DNA of 64,000 nucleotides from Marsupella aquatica (GCA_973895155.1 OZ316895.1:4017659-4081658), one strand, 5' to 3'; positions 10,664 to 24,376 are shown, counted from the first letter of the stretch. The notes: generated by a model from the letters alone, not told the origin. Program-made: numbers and translations.

Positions 10664-13600
10664 ATGGATCACGTTTTCAATATTGCTATTTGGAATGTCC
10701 CTGGCCTATGTGATCCAAATCAAAAATACATAATACGAAAATGGGTCCAAGACATGAAATATTCCCTCCAGGTGCTTATCCTTCTCGAAGTAAAAGCAGC
10801 AGACTACCGTCTCATTTCTGCTCTTTCTTTCATCCTTCCAAGTTTCAAAATCACTATTGTTAACCCATTCGAGGGGAAGGGAGGGGCAGCAATTCTAATG
10901 CACCCTTCGTTACAGATTCTGAACTCCGGTATTTCAAATATAAGTAACTGTGCAATCTGGTTAGTAGTCAAGAGTGATAACAACATATTTGGTGTAGTAG
11001 GGCTATACTCCTCCAACTCTTCCTCTGTTCGTACTATGCTTTGGGAATATCTGTTACAATCCATGTCGGGCAAAAAATGGATCGTAGCGGGAGACTTCAA
11101 TATGACAGAAAAACAAATAGACTCTGTCGCAGGACACTCGTCTCTTCTATCTGGTTCTGAACTGGCAGCTTTGGGTGCTCTCAAATGTCGCTTTGATCTA
11201 ACAAACGTATACAAACTTGTTAAATCAGTGTTTGGTTCTCGATATACATGGCGAAGAGACACTCTCCGGGGGATTCTCCAATCTAGAATAGATCAAATTT
11301 ACCTCGGCAATGGAGGATCTTGGATGGATGGGATTATTTTGCTCACGCATCACCATGACCGCCCATTATCTGACCATTGTCCAGTATCCTTGTCATGTAT
11401 TATTACCTCCCCTCCTCTAAGTATCCACGGTCCGACCAATCGATCCTCATATTTCAAAGCAAAATCCTGGGTATTGAATAATGCACAAAACATAGCCCAA
11501 CTAGAACAGGCATGGGTCTCTAACCAAGGGGTGTCTAACAACCCAAAACTAGGTTTCCTCCTTGCATGCAAACGACTAACTAAGACAAGAATACAAGAGA
11601 ATACAATTAAATAAATCAGCCAAGCAGTTAACCTCTGAGGCTATTCGAACGAAAGTTGTTTCTCTTCGTACCAAGGCGGATAAATCTAATACAGGATACA
11701 CTCTTTCTGAGCTACGTGAGGCGGAGATAGCTCTTCGTGACTCGGAATTCATGGAAGCAATTGATCTACGAAGGAAATCACGTATCCGTTGGCTAGGTCT
11801 TGGAGATGCCTCCTCCAAATTCTTCTTTAATATAGTAAAAGTTCAACAACAACGGGCTTTGATTCCTCATTTATGTATGGTTGATGACTCGCTTTCTTTT
11901 GATAGAGAACAAATATTATTACAAGTGGGTAACTTCTACCGATCTTTGTACTCCCCGGATGCTCCGGAATCTCTGCTGAACTCTAAGGCAAGGAGGAGGA
12001 TACTTTCCTTCTCTTCCTCCAAGCTATCTATTGATGAGTCCCACCTTTTGGACTCAATCCCATCTATGGATGAGCTACTATTTGCAGCCAATAAAATTCA
12101 GAAGAATAAAGCCCCCGACATCGATGGACTAACTATTGAGGTGTTCCTAAAATGTTGGGACTTCATCGCTCCGGCTTTCCTGGCTATGCTAGCTTGTCTC
12201 GTTTTGGCAGGATGGAGTCATGTTGCCAGGCTTTCTGGATGTAGTCATTAAGTTGGTACCTAAATCAGCAAACAAAATAAGGCTATCTGATTGGAGACCA
12301 ATAACGCAGCTTCTCAATATTTCATATAAAATAGTTGCGAAGTTAATTGCTATCAGGTTAAGTAGAGTTCTCCCGTAGATGATTAATGTACAGCAATCAG
12401 GCTTTGTTCCGGGAAGGCAGATACTTGACAACATCTCCATGGTATGGTTGACGTGCGATTGGCTATCCACAAACAATGTTTTGGCCCTTTTTCTCAAGAT
12501 GGATTTCTTGAAGGCGTTCGACGGAGTCGACCACAGATACATACGAGACACCCTGGCAGTAGCGGGTACGAGTTCTCAGCTAATTAGGAACATTATGGGC
12601 CTGATGACTAACGCATCAGCAAAAGTGCATGTAAATGGACAGTTTACGGAGCCTATCAACTTATTGCGAGGAGTTTGGCAAGACTATCCCCTTGCTCCTT
12701 TGGTATACGCACTATCAACTCAACCTTTAATGGACTTCTTTGATGCTGCTCTTCTTTCTGGGGAGGTACATGGGATAAGGATTAATAATGATCTAACCAT
12801 ATTCCACAGGTTTTTTGCAGATGATCGATTTGGGAGTATTTACTCCTGCACAGGAATCTTGCTTTCTGGAAATTATAACAAAAAAAATGAAAATAGACAA
12901 ACTCACTGCCGGGGCGTGTCTGAACCTAGAGAAGACAGAGATCGTACTTTTTTGCCTTCGTTCTATCCCGTCTTGGCTCGTAAACTCCAACTGTGTTATT
13001 ATTCCATCCGATCAAGTTTCCACCTACCTCGGGGCTCCTATTGGATGCAATCTATCAAGACAGCAATTGCAGGAATTTTTTCTGCGTAAGTTAAATAAGA
13101 GGCTAGCAAGTTGGTCCAACAAATTTTTTTCCTTTACCGGCCGAGTCCTATTAATTAAACAAGTATTGCTCTCCATGATGGTCTTCCATATGATGTACTC
13201 ACACTTCTCTTGTGGACTAATTAATCAGATTCGGAAGACATGCAAAGATTTCTTATGGGGATATAATAAGGATGGAGGTCAAAAAACACCATTAGTATCA
13301 TGGGATCGAATGTGCAGTAGTAAGAGAAATGGAGGCCTTGGATTCAAGGACATACAATTACAGGCAACGACATTACTATGTCGCTGGTCGGTCATCTTGG
13401 GATAACTCAGTTGCACTTAGGCAAGCAGGATATACTTCTATAGATTGTTTTCTCTTTTCCTCTCCATCAAGCTTTCATGGTATGACATATACATCGGGTA
13501 TTTGGAACGCATGGGCTCAGATCCGATGTAATCTATTATGGACTCCCAACTCTCTCCCCATTCCTACACGATGGAGGATGGACGACTTTCTTTGTAAAGC

Positions 13601-14530
13601 ATTTCGTTCTCTTGGCTTCCCAGTATCTGCTATTCCGTGCATCATTATTGCATGTGCTCGTATTCATATCCATTATGTCCTCAACCTTTGGAATTGGCAA
13701 ACTAACTCTTGGGTGGACTTTTCCAACAGGATATCCAGGTTGCATGGGTTCGATGGTCATGAATTGGAAGTAATTACTAATATACTAGCAATCATTCAGA
13801 ATGGCCAGCCACCATCTCACTCCAATTCATTTACTCAATCTCAATGGCACTGACTGGGCCAAATAAACCATCGCTCTCCCTGAGCACTAAGTACAGGACT
13901 AAGTAGTCCCCTTGCCTACAAGTTTCTTGATAAGTTAGTTGCAAGTTTTGGGCAATTGAATGCTCGTTGGGTCCTCTCTGACCCTCACTATATGGCAGAG
14001 TAGATGGAGACGGATCTGGTGGTCTGACCCATCCAATAGGGGTAAGATTTTTCTTTGGCGTGTGCTTGCTACAGGACTTTTTTCCGGCAAACGAGCACAC
14101 CAATGCGGCCATGGTGATGGATGCTGTCTGGTTTGCAGTAACTACTTAGTTAGAAGATAACCGACATTATATCTTCTTCTCTTGCGCGCAAGCAAAAATT
14201 GCCTGGAATCGGACTGCATTGATGGTTCTTCGAACGGGTGCCTTCCTGGTTTCTTCTCCCTGGTGGAAACTCTCTCACCGATTCCCTGGACTTGGCTCTT
14301 GGTCAATCTCCCCGGCAAGCGGCAATGTTGTTTGTCATATATGAAACCGTTTGGACCTTATGGAAGAATCATAATTCTCGTGTATTCTAGGGGAAACATA
14401 TAATTTTGTCCCCCTTCGTAGTTGCTTTTGCTGCCTCTCTACATATGCGCTCTGTGGCCTTTTGTTCGGGCTCAAAAAAAAGAAAAAAAGATTGTATTAT
14501 GCAGAGAAATATCTATCTAGTCCTACAGCA
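10664..14530 (+). pseudogene. LINE ORF2 (APE endonuclease, reverse transcriptase, zf-RVT)
   Basis: WNV.GL, AGDFN, SRIDQI, SDHCP; KAPDIDG, QSGFVPGRQILDNI, DFLKAFD, FADD, YLGAP; KIFLWR. Multiple frameshifts. Confidence 0.92.
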
Positions 14531-14829
14531 AATCTCGTGCGGAGTTGACGCATCCGTTCTCCATAAGCTATGTGTTTCATCTGTTGTTATATTTGAGCAT
14601 AATAGTTCGTCTCTAGGGCCAGTCCTTGAGCTCTTTTGTTAGTCCCTCATCCATTGACATCAAACTCTTTAAATGTTTGATTCAATCCATTTGTATCTCC
14701 GTTGGACCAGATGTCCACAAGTTTCTTTTATTCAGTTTCCATTTTCTTGCAGTTCCCTTTGTTCCTTCTTTCCCTTCCTCTTTCGGGACTAATCGACAAA
14801 TCAATCCAGGAGGGTTGGTCTGTCAATAA

Positions 14830-15295
14830 AGGACGCTCCTGGCTGGAACTATGATTACTGTATGTAAACACGCCGCTCATTTTGGCTAGTACTATGGCGC
14901 ACATGATTGGAAAGAGATGGAAGCAAGAAGTATATGTCATATTTTGGAGTTCTGATGGCATCATATTCTCAAAGGTGGCGGAGGCGGTGGCATATTGAGT
15001 TGGGTACATCTAACCACATTTGGTAGCCTGGCCTGGTCAGTCTCAAAGGAGAGAGGATCCAAGATCGGTGACCTAGGGGAGGTGTTTGTTGATGGGAGAT
15101 ATGGCTCAACATGGAAGGAGATGTTGTCCCAGGATCCGTGATATCTTGGATCTGTCCTTCCCATCTAATATTCTCACAGTAGTTAAATACTATTCTCTCC
15201 CTTGTATAGACCACATCAGTCGCTCGTTGGGTGCTGGCCAATATATACTAGTCATCAGCCATTATTTCTTTATTAGCTCAATTTAGATCTAGTAG
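14830..15295 (-). pseudogene. Old minus-strand LINE ORF1-like remnant, probably continuing at 25260-26006 and after 31917; host of the CACTA and Copia insertions
   Basis: Fragments such as ISFHVEPYLP..PRSPI and TFENM..SCFHL resemble the DUF4283-to-knuckle region. Heavily decayed. Confidence 0.35.
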
Positions 15296-15311
15296 CACTA
15301 GTACATTTTTG

Positions 15312-15845
15312 ACGACTTTCCGATACTCAAAATGCGACTATTTTGTCATGTCCAAACCCGAGAGTATCGGACGTTGTCTGATACAAATACCTTCGTAATG
15401 TCCGATGTGCACCTCATCGGATTCAATTAGTCCGATGTGTTCCCTAACGCAACCAATATCCCATATCGGTTACATCGGAACATTTCCAAAACTAAATGAA
15501 TCGGACATTTGACCGGAAAAGTATTGTCAAGGGTCCGATCTTCAGGTTATCGGATACAATGTGCGTTAGAGACAACATCGGATATTTTCCGATGTTTATT
15601 CAAACGGACATGGTTTTCGTAATAGAATACTACGGACATAAATTGCGTAAGGTAAAGAATCGGAAACATTTTCGAAGCGGTCAATATCGGACCCCTTTGT
15701 TGGAACATTGGACGAGGGGTCCGATGTGTCCAATATCGGATGTGAGTGTTCCGATAGTTGTGATATCGGACAATTGCTGCGATTGAGCCTTTTGTGCTCC
15801 GATGCATATCCGATGCAAGTTTCATCGGATAGACCATTGGACACT
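15312..15845. repeat. CACTA left subterminal repeat array (TCCGAT/ATCGGA in both orientations)
   Basis: Dense direct and inverted TCCGA(T) motifs next to the TIR. Confidence 0.9.
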
Positions 15846-16020
15846 GGTTATCTTGAGGTTCTTAGTTGAGTGGGGTTAAGAGAAGTATTAGAGATACTTT
15901 ATGGAATATGTTTTATGCAAGAGTGGACATTGCGAAACAAATATAGTGCCAAGAAATATATAATGTCGGGAAAATAAACACAAATATGGTAGGGGGCTAG
16001 CTATAGTTGCTACTTACTAG

Positions 16021-19000
16021 CTAAGTGGTGGAGGGGATGTCATCATCTTCCACTACAACTACGTTGGGTCTATCCTGGACTACGGATCGTGATCGAGGGA
16101 TATATGGCATCACAATAGACCAATTTGAGTCATCCGGATAAGGTAGGTAAAAACATTGCTCAAGGTGATGTGGGAATGCAAACGGATCTGAAGACCTCCA
16201 ATTTGAGCTGATAACACTTGTCTTCAACCGAGTAAATCTGCATGCATCATCTTCACATGTACGATTGTGGCCCACAAGATTCATCTTGAACCATTTGCAC
16301 TTCAATACCACTTCCTCCAAAGTAGTATGTGCATGGTACTTCACAATTAGGATCTCCTCAATCTTTCCATAATGAGCGATAGTGGACCGAATGGGATTCC
16401 TGTCCGATGTGCTGCTCTGTGAATCCTGGGTGAACCAACCCATGACCCCACAATCTTGTGTAGCTGCCCTCTTCTCATCAAGTCGTTCCACATGAAAGTG
16501 TCTTCCCTTGGACCACATGGCAGTCCGAGTTGTGACTATAAGTAGTGGACCATGAACAAGGGTACGAAGCTTATCAGTCACCTCTAGATAATGCAATACA
16601 CTCTCCCTTGTACCCACCAAGGCATCCACTTCTAACAACTTTGACTTCATGTATGGGTGAAACTTAGGAAATATCCGTGGTCGTCGACTATTTTGCTTCT
16701 CCTCATAAAACGATGTCCACTCCCCTACAACCTCTGGTGAGTTGTACAACATAAATATTGTGAGTTGCAAACGCTCCGCTGAGCTTAAGAGACGCTCTTT
16801 TGATGCCCCAGTGAGTCTATCATCCTCGTAGCCCGCCTCTCGTGCCACCTCATCTATCCATCCCCTAGGAGCATTTGGATCTAGTGTGGCAACTATGTTT
16901 GTACAATAAAACATACTCTCTGCTCCAAGATGACGCTCTGCAATGCTACCTTCCACCCTAGCGCGATTAGAAACATACGATTTCATCACTCCCATATAAC
17001 GCTCTACCCAATACATCCATCGACAATGCACTGGGCCTGCAATTGCAACCTCACGCACTAAATGTACGAGAAAATGAACCTGACCATCAAAAAATGAGGG
17101 AGGGAGTGCCTTCTCCAACTTGCACACAACCTCTACTCCAAATGTCTCCATTGCAGCAGTTTCATCCTCCTGTACCTCCTTCCGACATACCCATCTCAAA
17201 AGCTTTCCCAATGACCAAAGGGCATCATGAAGTTCCTCACTACCCAATCCAATAATTGCAACTGGAATGACATGTTCTAGTAACCGATGATAATCATGTG
17301 TTTTCAAGTAAGATGGCCATTTTGGAGAATCATCCCCCCCAAATGCTTTTCGGAGATTTGTGCCATAACCTGTGGGAAACCTCATTGACCCAATACATCT
17401 GCGAAACTCAGTGCGCTCTGCCCTACTCAAAACAAGGAGGATGGATGTTGGGGGGGTCACCAGGGGGGTCCAAAGATGGCCAAAAACCAAGAAGACCATG
17501 CATCCCCATCTCCTCACAACTTTCTCTCCAATTGTGGTTCTTTTCCCCATATAGATGACGAATCAATGATCTGCCCACATTCCCCTCAATGTGCATCGGA
17601 TCTAACAAGTGATTAATGGGCAACTCTGACCAATATGGCAATTGTGACAATGCAGACAAACGGGTCATGCCACATCGGAGAATTTGTAATGGATCATCTG
17701 GGTCTTGAACTCTTTCCCATACCTCTCTCCAATATGTTGGACCCTTTCGCTGAGGTTGAGGACGAGTATCGGGTTGGCCATCTTCACTATCATACAAGAA
17801 ATGATCACTCCTCCAAGGATGGTCTTCTGGAAGATATTTGGTATGGCCAATGTAAACTATCTTACGCAAAGTACTTGACTTGCGTCTTGCCACACCCTCC
17901 AAATCTGGTCCGCACGAAGGGCAAGCTCTATAGCCCGATGTTTGCAATCTAGAGATATATCCAAACCCTGCGCTTGATCAATACACAACCAGCCAATGAA
18001 AATAAGTTAAATGATACAAATTATAACCAAAAAAAATTAATTAATAAGCATGGTGTAAATAGATAGCAATGGAAATAAGGGTTTAATACCCTACCTGGCA
18101 AATCATGCATGGTCCACATAAGAATGGCCTTCATGGTAAATTTGCGGGATAAACCTCCAGTGTTGTCACGTCCGTCATAACAATCCACCCCTCTCCAAAG
18201 TTTCAAAAGCTCATCAATCAAGGGTTGCAAGTAAATGTCAATCTTTTTTACTTGCTTAGGACCAGGGATGATCATTGAGAGTAGTAGATGACCTTTCTTC
18301 ATGGCCATCCATGGAGGGATATTGTAATTTGTGAGAACTACAGGCCATACTGAATATGGCTTAGCTTTACCTGCTAATGCAAAAGGACTGATACCATCTG
18401 CTGCCAAGCCAAGTCGAACATGTCGCGGGTCAGTTTTGAACTCACCCCATTTGCCCTCTACAAATCGATTGGCAGGAGAGTCTACCATCATCCGCATGGT
18501 ACTAGAGTCTGTACCCATATCCGAACGATGTTGTGAGTGCCAGACCATATAGTCAGCCAACTCTGCACAACGATATTGATGGCGCAATCGAGGGATGAGA
18601 GGAAAGTACCGCATAACCTTTTGAGGCACCTTCCCCGTCAACATGTCATCACGGAACCGCGGCTTCTCACACATAGGACATATAATTGCATTCTCATGCT
18701 CACCCCTGAAAAGAATGCAATCATTCACACATGCATGTATCACTTCATATTTTAGGCCAATGGACTTCAACACCTGTTTAGCCTCCTTCCAAGAGCTTGG
18801 CATGTTGTTGCCTGGTGGTAAAATACGATCATGTAGGGTACGAAAAACATCATCCAAAAGTAGGTTGCTTGCCCCATGTCTTTGTTGCACATTCAACAAC
18901 AACATTATTGCTGAGAGCCGAGATAGCCTACTCCCCTCAAATATGCGAGTATGAGCATGACGTTGAGCCTCTTCCCATTCCTTCTGCTGCCCCCCCTAGA

Positions 19001-19233
19001 GACATGCGGATGAGTGTTGTTGTCATCTTGGCTACCCATGTCCTCCATACCAATGTCCGCATCATCATCATAGAACTGATCCATGAGCTCATCCATGGCC
19101 CTCTCCTCGTCAACATGATCTTCGGTTGGATTGCCTCCCTCATGCTGTACCTCAGTCTCCTCCCCACGATTGGCCACCATGGCCTCAACAAGGTGTTGCC
19201 GCATAGCTCGTGATATTACCCCAATATCAGGCA
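16021..19233 (-). pseudogene. CACTA TnpD-type transposase (Transposase_21, DUF4218, DUF4216); frameshifts near 18960 and 17450
   Basis: IHACVNDCILF, DPRHVRLGLAADG, YSVWPV...YNIPPW, IPGPK, DIYLQPLIDEL, MHDLPG; GT-AG intron 17968-18094 rejoining as PG-FGYISRLQTSGYRACP; LDPMHIEGN, KTHDYH, PPSFFD, GPVHCRWMYWVERYM, EGSIAE, KCKWF. Confidence 0.92.
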
Positions 19234-19369
19234 CTACATATTGGTTCTATCATACAACATGCATCCATGTAATGTCATCAACATCAATCTTGCCAACAAT
19301 CTCATTAATCCAACATTAGAAATGGAAAATAAATTTCAGAGATATATATATATATGTAAGCCCAAGAAA

Positions 19370-20628
19370 CTAAGTTGGACGAGAACGTAGAGACAGTTTT
19401 GGTGCATCCCAGTCATAATCACACAATAACTCCTCTCCCGCTCTAATGGTCCTAATGGCCACTGTCATGATGTGGTCATCCATATGTTTCATAAAATATG
19501 GGTCTCTAGGTGGACCAAACATTTGGATCCACTCTACATTAGCCTCCAAATCTCTACCTCTACCTGTGGTACTATTGATGTATCCTGCTAAATTTCCATT
19601 CCTAACAGGGTCACCGTCAATCATCCGACAATGCCACGGCCTAGTGAACACCTCGTCTGGGTCTGAGTCCATCCTCAATGCATACACCCCCCAACTTGGG
19701 TGTTGACGCAACAAAATGTTCCAACTCTTTGCGTTACAGCCCCAATATAAGGGAAAAGGTGCTCTCCATCGTAGCCACGTCTCCATGGCTTTGGAGGGAC
19801 AACAATGTCATCCAAAGCATATAGACCATATCCTATATCAGCACCAATAGAGGACTCCTTCACTATCCAAGGACGGCCCCATATCTCCACAGGTTCATCA
19901 ATAGGAATGTAATCTGGAAATTTGAAGACACTGGGAGAAAAGTCTTTCAAAACGTCTGCAGCCCTGCCAGTGAGATAGGATACTCCAAATCGGCCCTCAA
20001 CGCCAATGTAATCTATATTTGTTGGAGGACGATCACTACCTAACACCCCCTCCCGAATGTCTATGTGGTCCACAGGCTCGTACTGCTGTCTACGTCTATG
20101 AGACCGTGCTCGTGTACGTAGGACTCTTGAAGTCCCAACCTCTGGCCGAGATACTGGTTCTCCCTCTACATGCTCATGTATGGGGATAGGATCTGGGGGG
20201 CTAAGAGGAGGATGGGCAGGGGGGCTGCAAGCAAGTCTCTAGCCCTTGCTAGGAATCCTTCTAGCCACACAGCCTCATCAACCAAAGGAGGTGGGGGTCT
20301 ACGGGGCACCTATTTCAGCACACAATAAATTAGTGTTATTTAAATGCAAGCCCAATTGGAGTTTCATGAATGGAATTAAAGGGGAGACATATATTACCTG
20401 GCTAGGCAAGTACCCTGGTGTATCACCCTCATGACGGCCATAGTTCTCAATGTGCTCACAAGTCTCCCAGGCATGTCGGACCACAAGTCCCTTGCATCTC
20501 ACACACCAGCAAGGTATGGGCCCTAGTGGAGCACGAGGACGCTCAAGAGGAGGGGGTGGAGGAACCTCCCCCTCTGACGAGCTCGTGTCTGAGTCTGAAT
20601 CCAACGTGGAACTATCGGATGTAGACAT
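19370..20628 (-). pseudogene. SET-domain protein with an N-terminal transposase-associated Cys/His exon, inside the CACTA; frameshift near 19737
   Basis: SET motifs IVKES.I...GYGLYA, FPYIG, GNLAGYINS..ANV, VAIRTIRAGEELLCDY. Exon 20628-20398 encodes IPCWCVRC...EHIENYG and ends at a CAG|GTAATA donor. Candidate acceptors at 20310 or 20225 lead into the frame of ORF 19675-20073. Confidence 0.8.
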
Positions 20629-22049
20629 CTACATATCATACACATCCAACATGTAAGGCGGATTCAACAACTTATCATGTTTAAAACCACAATTAAAGAG
20701 AGATATATATAAACATCAATTGCCCTACCTCAATGATACCCGCGCTTTGCAGTGCCTACTGGGTTGTATTCTCTACACACAAGGTGTGGGATATCCAAAA
20801 TCTCTGCAGGGTGGAGATGAGTTACACAAATGCTGCATAAATGCAAAAAAGTACTTGACTGACTTTTGGCACACGATATATCAAACTTGCCACCTCAATG
20901 TTCCAATCCAAAATGGATGGATGGGCCGGGGAATTACATCATACCTCATGGATGCGCGGTCTCACACTGTGCATAGTGCATTGTCCAAGAACAAAACCCT
21001 ACCTAGCTACCCCCCTCAACCCAAAAAAAACAAACCTAGCTACCCCTCGATCAAAACCTAGGTACTGCACATAAAATCCAATCACAACCATTAGTGTAAC
21101 AAAGGCTTAACATTATCCTCAAAAAATGTCTAACAATATCCTATGTATTAAAACCCTATACCAATAAATCCCCAAACCCCTCAAAGCCCTAAAGTCCTTC
21201 AAAGAGAATTGGGATCAATTATAGTAAAAGTGTAAATCTAGGTACCACTTACTAGCCAAAACACCTTGACTTATCCTTCCATCCATCACTCAATGTTGAG
21301 CAAGTTAAGGCCCTATAATTACATTACTATACAACTTAGCTTTATAAATTTAGGGTGCAATAAATTAAGCATGCAATCACAACCATATTTTAGTTATCTT
21401 AGGAAATACAAAGTCATGAACTAACCCCAAAATTGTAGTTGCGAAGAAGGAACTTGCAAGAGGCCGGGTAACATATACACAATATGCCATCCCGTTCACG
21501 GTGTCACTAAAAAAAGCCGGATATATTCAAAACGACCACAAAAAAGTGACTACAACCCTCCCTTCTATTACCCCACCCAATTACTTAATTCCATGCTCCA
21601 CATACAAACCCAAACACCCAAACTAAACCCAAAGTAAATAGATTTGACCTCCTATGGGACCAAAACATGGAATCCGTTATAGCTGATCGAGGGGTCCGAT
21701 ACTAAAACAAACGGAAGCAGCATCGTAAAAGCAGGAGAAAGAAAAGCAAGGAGGGGTCCAAAGCAAAACGCATCGGAAGGTCCGATTGTAGGTCCGATTC
21801 TCTTGGCTTCGGACAGTGCGTTTCATAAAGTATCGGAAACAACAGACCTGTTTTCAAAAAATAAGTCCCGATGCGGATGCGAAGATCCGGGCATCGGGCC
21901 AAGCTTCGCATTCAGTGGTTTGCGAGGCCGGGAGGCTCAGGTAGACGTTGGTGGGCAAGGTAGGAGAGAGACATGGTGGGAGGAGGATCAGGTGGTGGGG
22001 ACGGGGCTGGACCCTCTCGGCCCTATGATGAGATTATGAGGGAGATTTT

Positions 22050-24376
22050 ATGAGTAGGGCAAGGCTAAGTGCTGAGGATGCAGAGAGAGTTGTGCCACTT
22101 CTTCAGACCTTGATTGATGGATCCAGGATTGAGGCAGAGAAAGCTGTGGCTGCAACCATTGCTGCAGAGAAAGCTGCAAAGAAGAAGCGAAAGGAGGCAA
22201 AGAGAGGCAGGGAAGATGGTGAGGAATCCCTCTCTCCCCGAAAAAGAGAGAGGAAGCTTCGCAAGGCAGCTAAGGAGGCTGAGAAGAAGAGAGTGGAGGA
22301 GTTAAAGCGAAAGGAAGCCGAGAGAGCTCTAAGGCCTGAGCTAGCCCTAAACTCAGGTGGCTCCCCAATGCCGAGAGGATACAATCTCTTCCGCAGCCAG
22401 TTCAAGCAAGTGGTGAAGGCCAATTTGGGGCCATTAGATTACTGGGGAAGGAAGACTCAGGAGGAGAAAGGTTGAATTCGAGAGCAAGTGAAGGAGCGAT
22501 TCAGGAATGGGGCCTCCCTTGATGACAGGTTCTTGAATAAGAGGATATCAGCTTCACTTTCAGACATGCGAAATCATCAAAGAGAGAAGTTCAGGAAGTA
22601 CCTTGCTGATTTGCCAATTGATTCAGAGGTGGTCAGGGAGCAGGGCTGTCCAGATGTGCTCTCCCCAGATGAGTGGGCAGCTTGGCTTGAGGAGGAATTA
22701 GCAATCCGAGCCTGGCAAAAAAAGAGACAATGGGACCACGAAATCAGCTTGGCAGAGGAGAAGCGGAAGGCTGGGGAGGAAATTGACATCCTCCCCCTCC
22801 AACAGAACCTACGGCAGTGGGGAGCTCAAGCAGTACGATTAAAAGAGCCACCCAAGGACATCATCAAAGCATTGGAGCGAGTCCAAGGGCGACCCATCGT
22901 CACTCACCGCATGGGGCAAGGAGGCTCCAATCGACTGAAAGCAGAGTTCGTAAGTGCCTTCTCCCTCCTCCCTAGCTCCTCCCCCCCGACCACCTGACCT
23001 TCTCTTGCGAAGAGTGACTCAATTTCTGCTGCCAAATGCCTTTATGCCGTTTCAGCCCGATGTTTTTTGCTCTCGGGATTGTTCTGTCCGATACTCATCC
23101 GAAGCTTTTAGCATCGGACCTAGTATCGGACCTGTTGTTATGCCATTTAGGGTTACCGGGATCCGATACTATTCCGTTGCTTTAAGTATCGGAAACAACA
23201 TCGGACCCCTCATAAGAACAACGGGTTTTTTAAAATGTTGTTGTTTCACTCAATTAGGGGTATGGGTTTGCATTCTTCAGTACCCTAAGAAGGCATGGGA
23301 CCCCTTACAAGAATTGGGAAAAGTTGGGCCGATGCAAAGACTAGTTTTCATGCTAATGGGTTTCTCGTTTGGTATTGTGATGTGTCAGGAGCGGGACTGG
23401 GGTCGACCTATTGGGCCGTCAGAGAGGGAGTTAGCAAAGAGGGATGGACCCCGAGCTCTTAAGCTCCACCTTGAGGAGGAGCTGGGAGAGGTAATTGGTG
23501 TTGAATTGGCCCTATATAGGTTCAAATTGTTTTTGGTTGTGGTCAATATTAGAGAGCTTTCAAGGAACTATGTTTTCAAATGCAATTTAACCCTACTTAT
23601 GTATTGTGCAGGATGAGGAGACAGGGTCTGATGAAGGAGAGGAGGGTGAGGGTGAGGAGGTTGAGGGAGAGGAGGGTGAGGGTGAGGAGGAAGGTGATGG
23701 TGAAGAAGGAGAGGATGGCCAGGGAGAGGAGGGAGATGATTCTCAGGCGTCTATGCCCTTAGAGGGTGCGGCAGAGCGATCGGGGAGGGTGCCCCGAGTT
23801 ACCCCTACCCCTGCAGTCCCTCATGTTGCCCCCACATCAGCACAGAGGGGTAGGTCACATAGTGTTCATGGTGTGGCCTCCCATCAGTCGGGAGTGTCAC
23901 GGAGTGCGAGACCCGGCCCCTTAGGGGGTAGTAGAGGTGGCGCGGGACCAGGCCATCGCTCTGGAGTACTATTCGGTACACCTGGCTCTTCTCGACAAGT
24001 GGGTCGTGACATGGAGGATGGTGGCTCTAGGGGGCGAGCGCCATCACGTGAGTCTGGTGGGAGTACCGCACGGCATGGGCCACAGACAGCATCTGCAGGG
24101 GATGCATCCCATCACTCTCACAGGTCTACCGGAGGGGGAGATGGCTCCTTCCACTCTGCTATGTCAGGGGGTTTAGAGGCATCTGTTGCACCTCAGCATC
24201 CTAGCGGTGCATCTAGTGGGTCAGGGTCCCGGCCAGCATCAGGCCAACCCACTGGTGAGCAGGTGGTTGCCACAGTTGTGGGCAGCCAGAGAGAGGAGGG
24301 GTCTTGTGTTCCTGGACCTGTACCACCCCCTCATTCTCGCCCGAAGAAGAAGAAGGGACGCAACACACCTTTTTAG
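22050..24376 (+). pseudogene. CACTA second gene (TnpA/Ptta-like), 3 exons 22050-22949, 23389-23490, 23612-24376; one in-frame TGA at 22473
   Basis: ORFs 22050 and 22488 share a frame. Phase-0 GT-AG junctions give HRMGQGGSNRLKAEF-ERDWGRPIG, similar to the H..G.....E...GR motif of Ptta/EnSpm proteins. Acidic and Gly/Ser-rich tail and an NLS-like RPKKKKGR. Confidence 0.65.

Larger units (their letters stand above)
8761..14530 (+). mobile_element. L1-clade LINE, decayed (boundaries approximate)
   Basis: ORF1 and ORF2 remnants in the canonical order, with many stops and frameshifts. Confidence 0.9.

Noticed and set aside
22954-23616. 220-aa ORF inside the CACTA
   Set aside because: Mostly read-through of introns; only 23389-23490 is a plausible exon.
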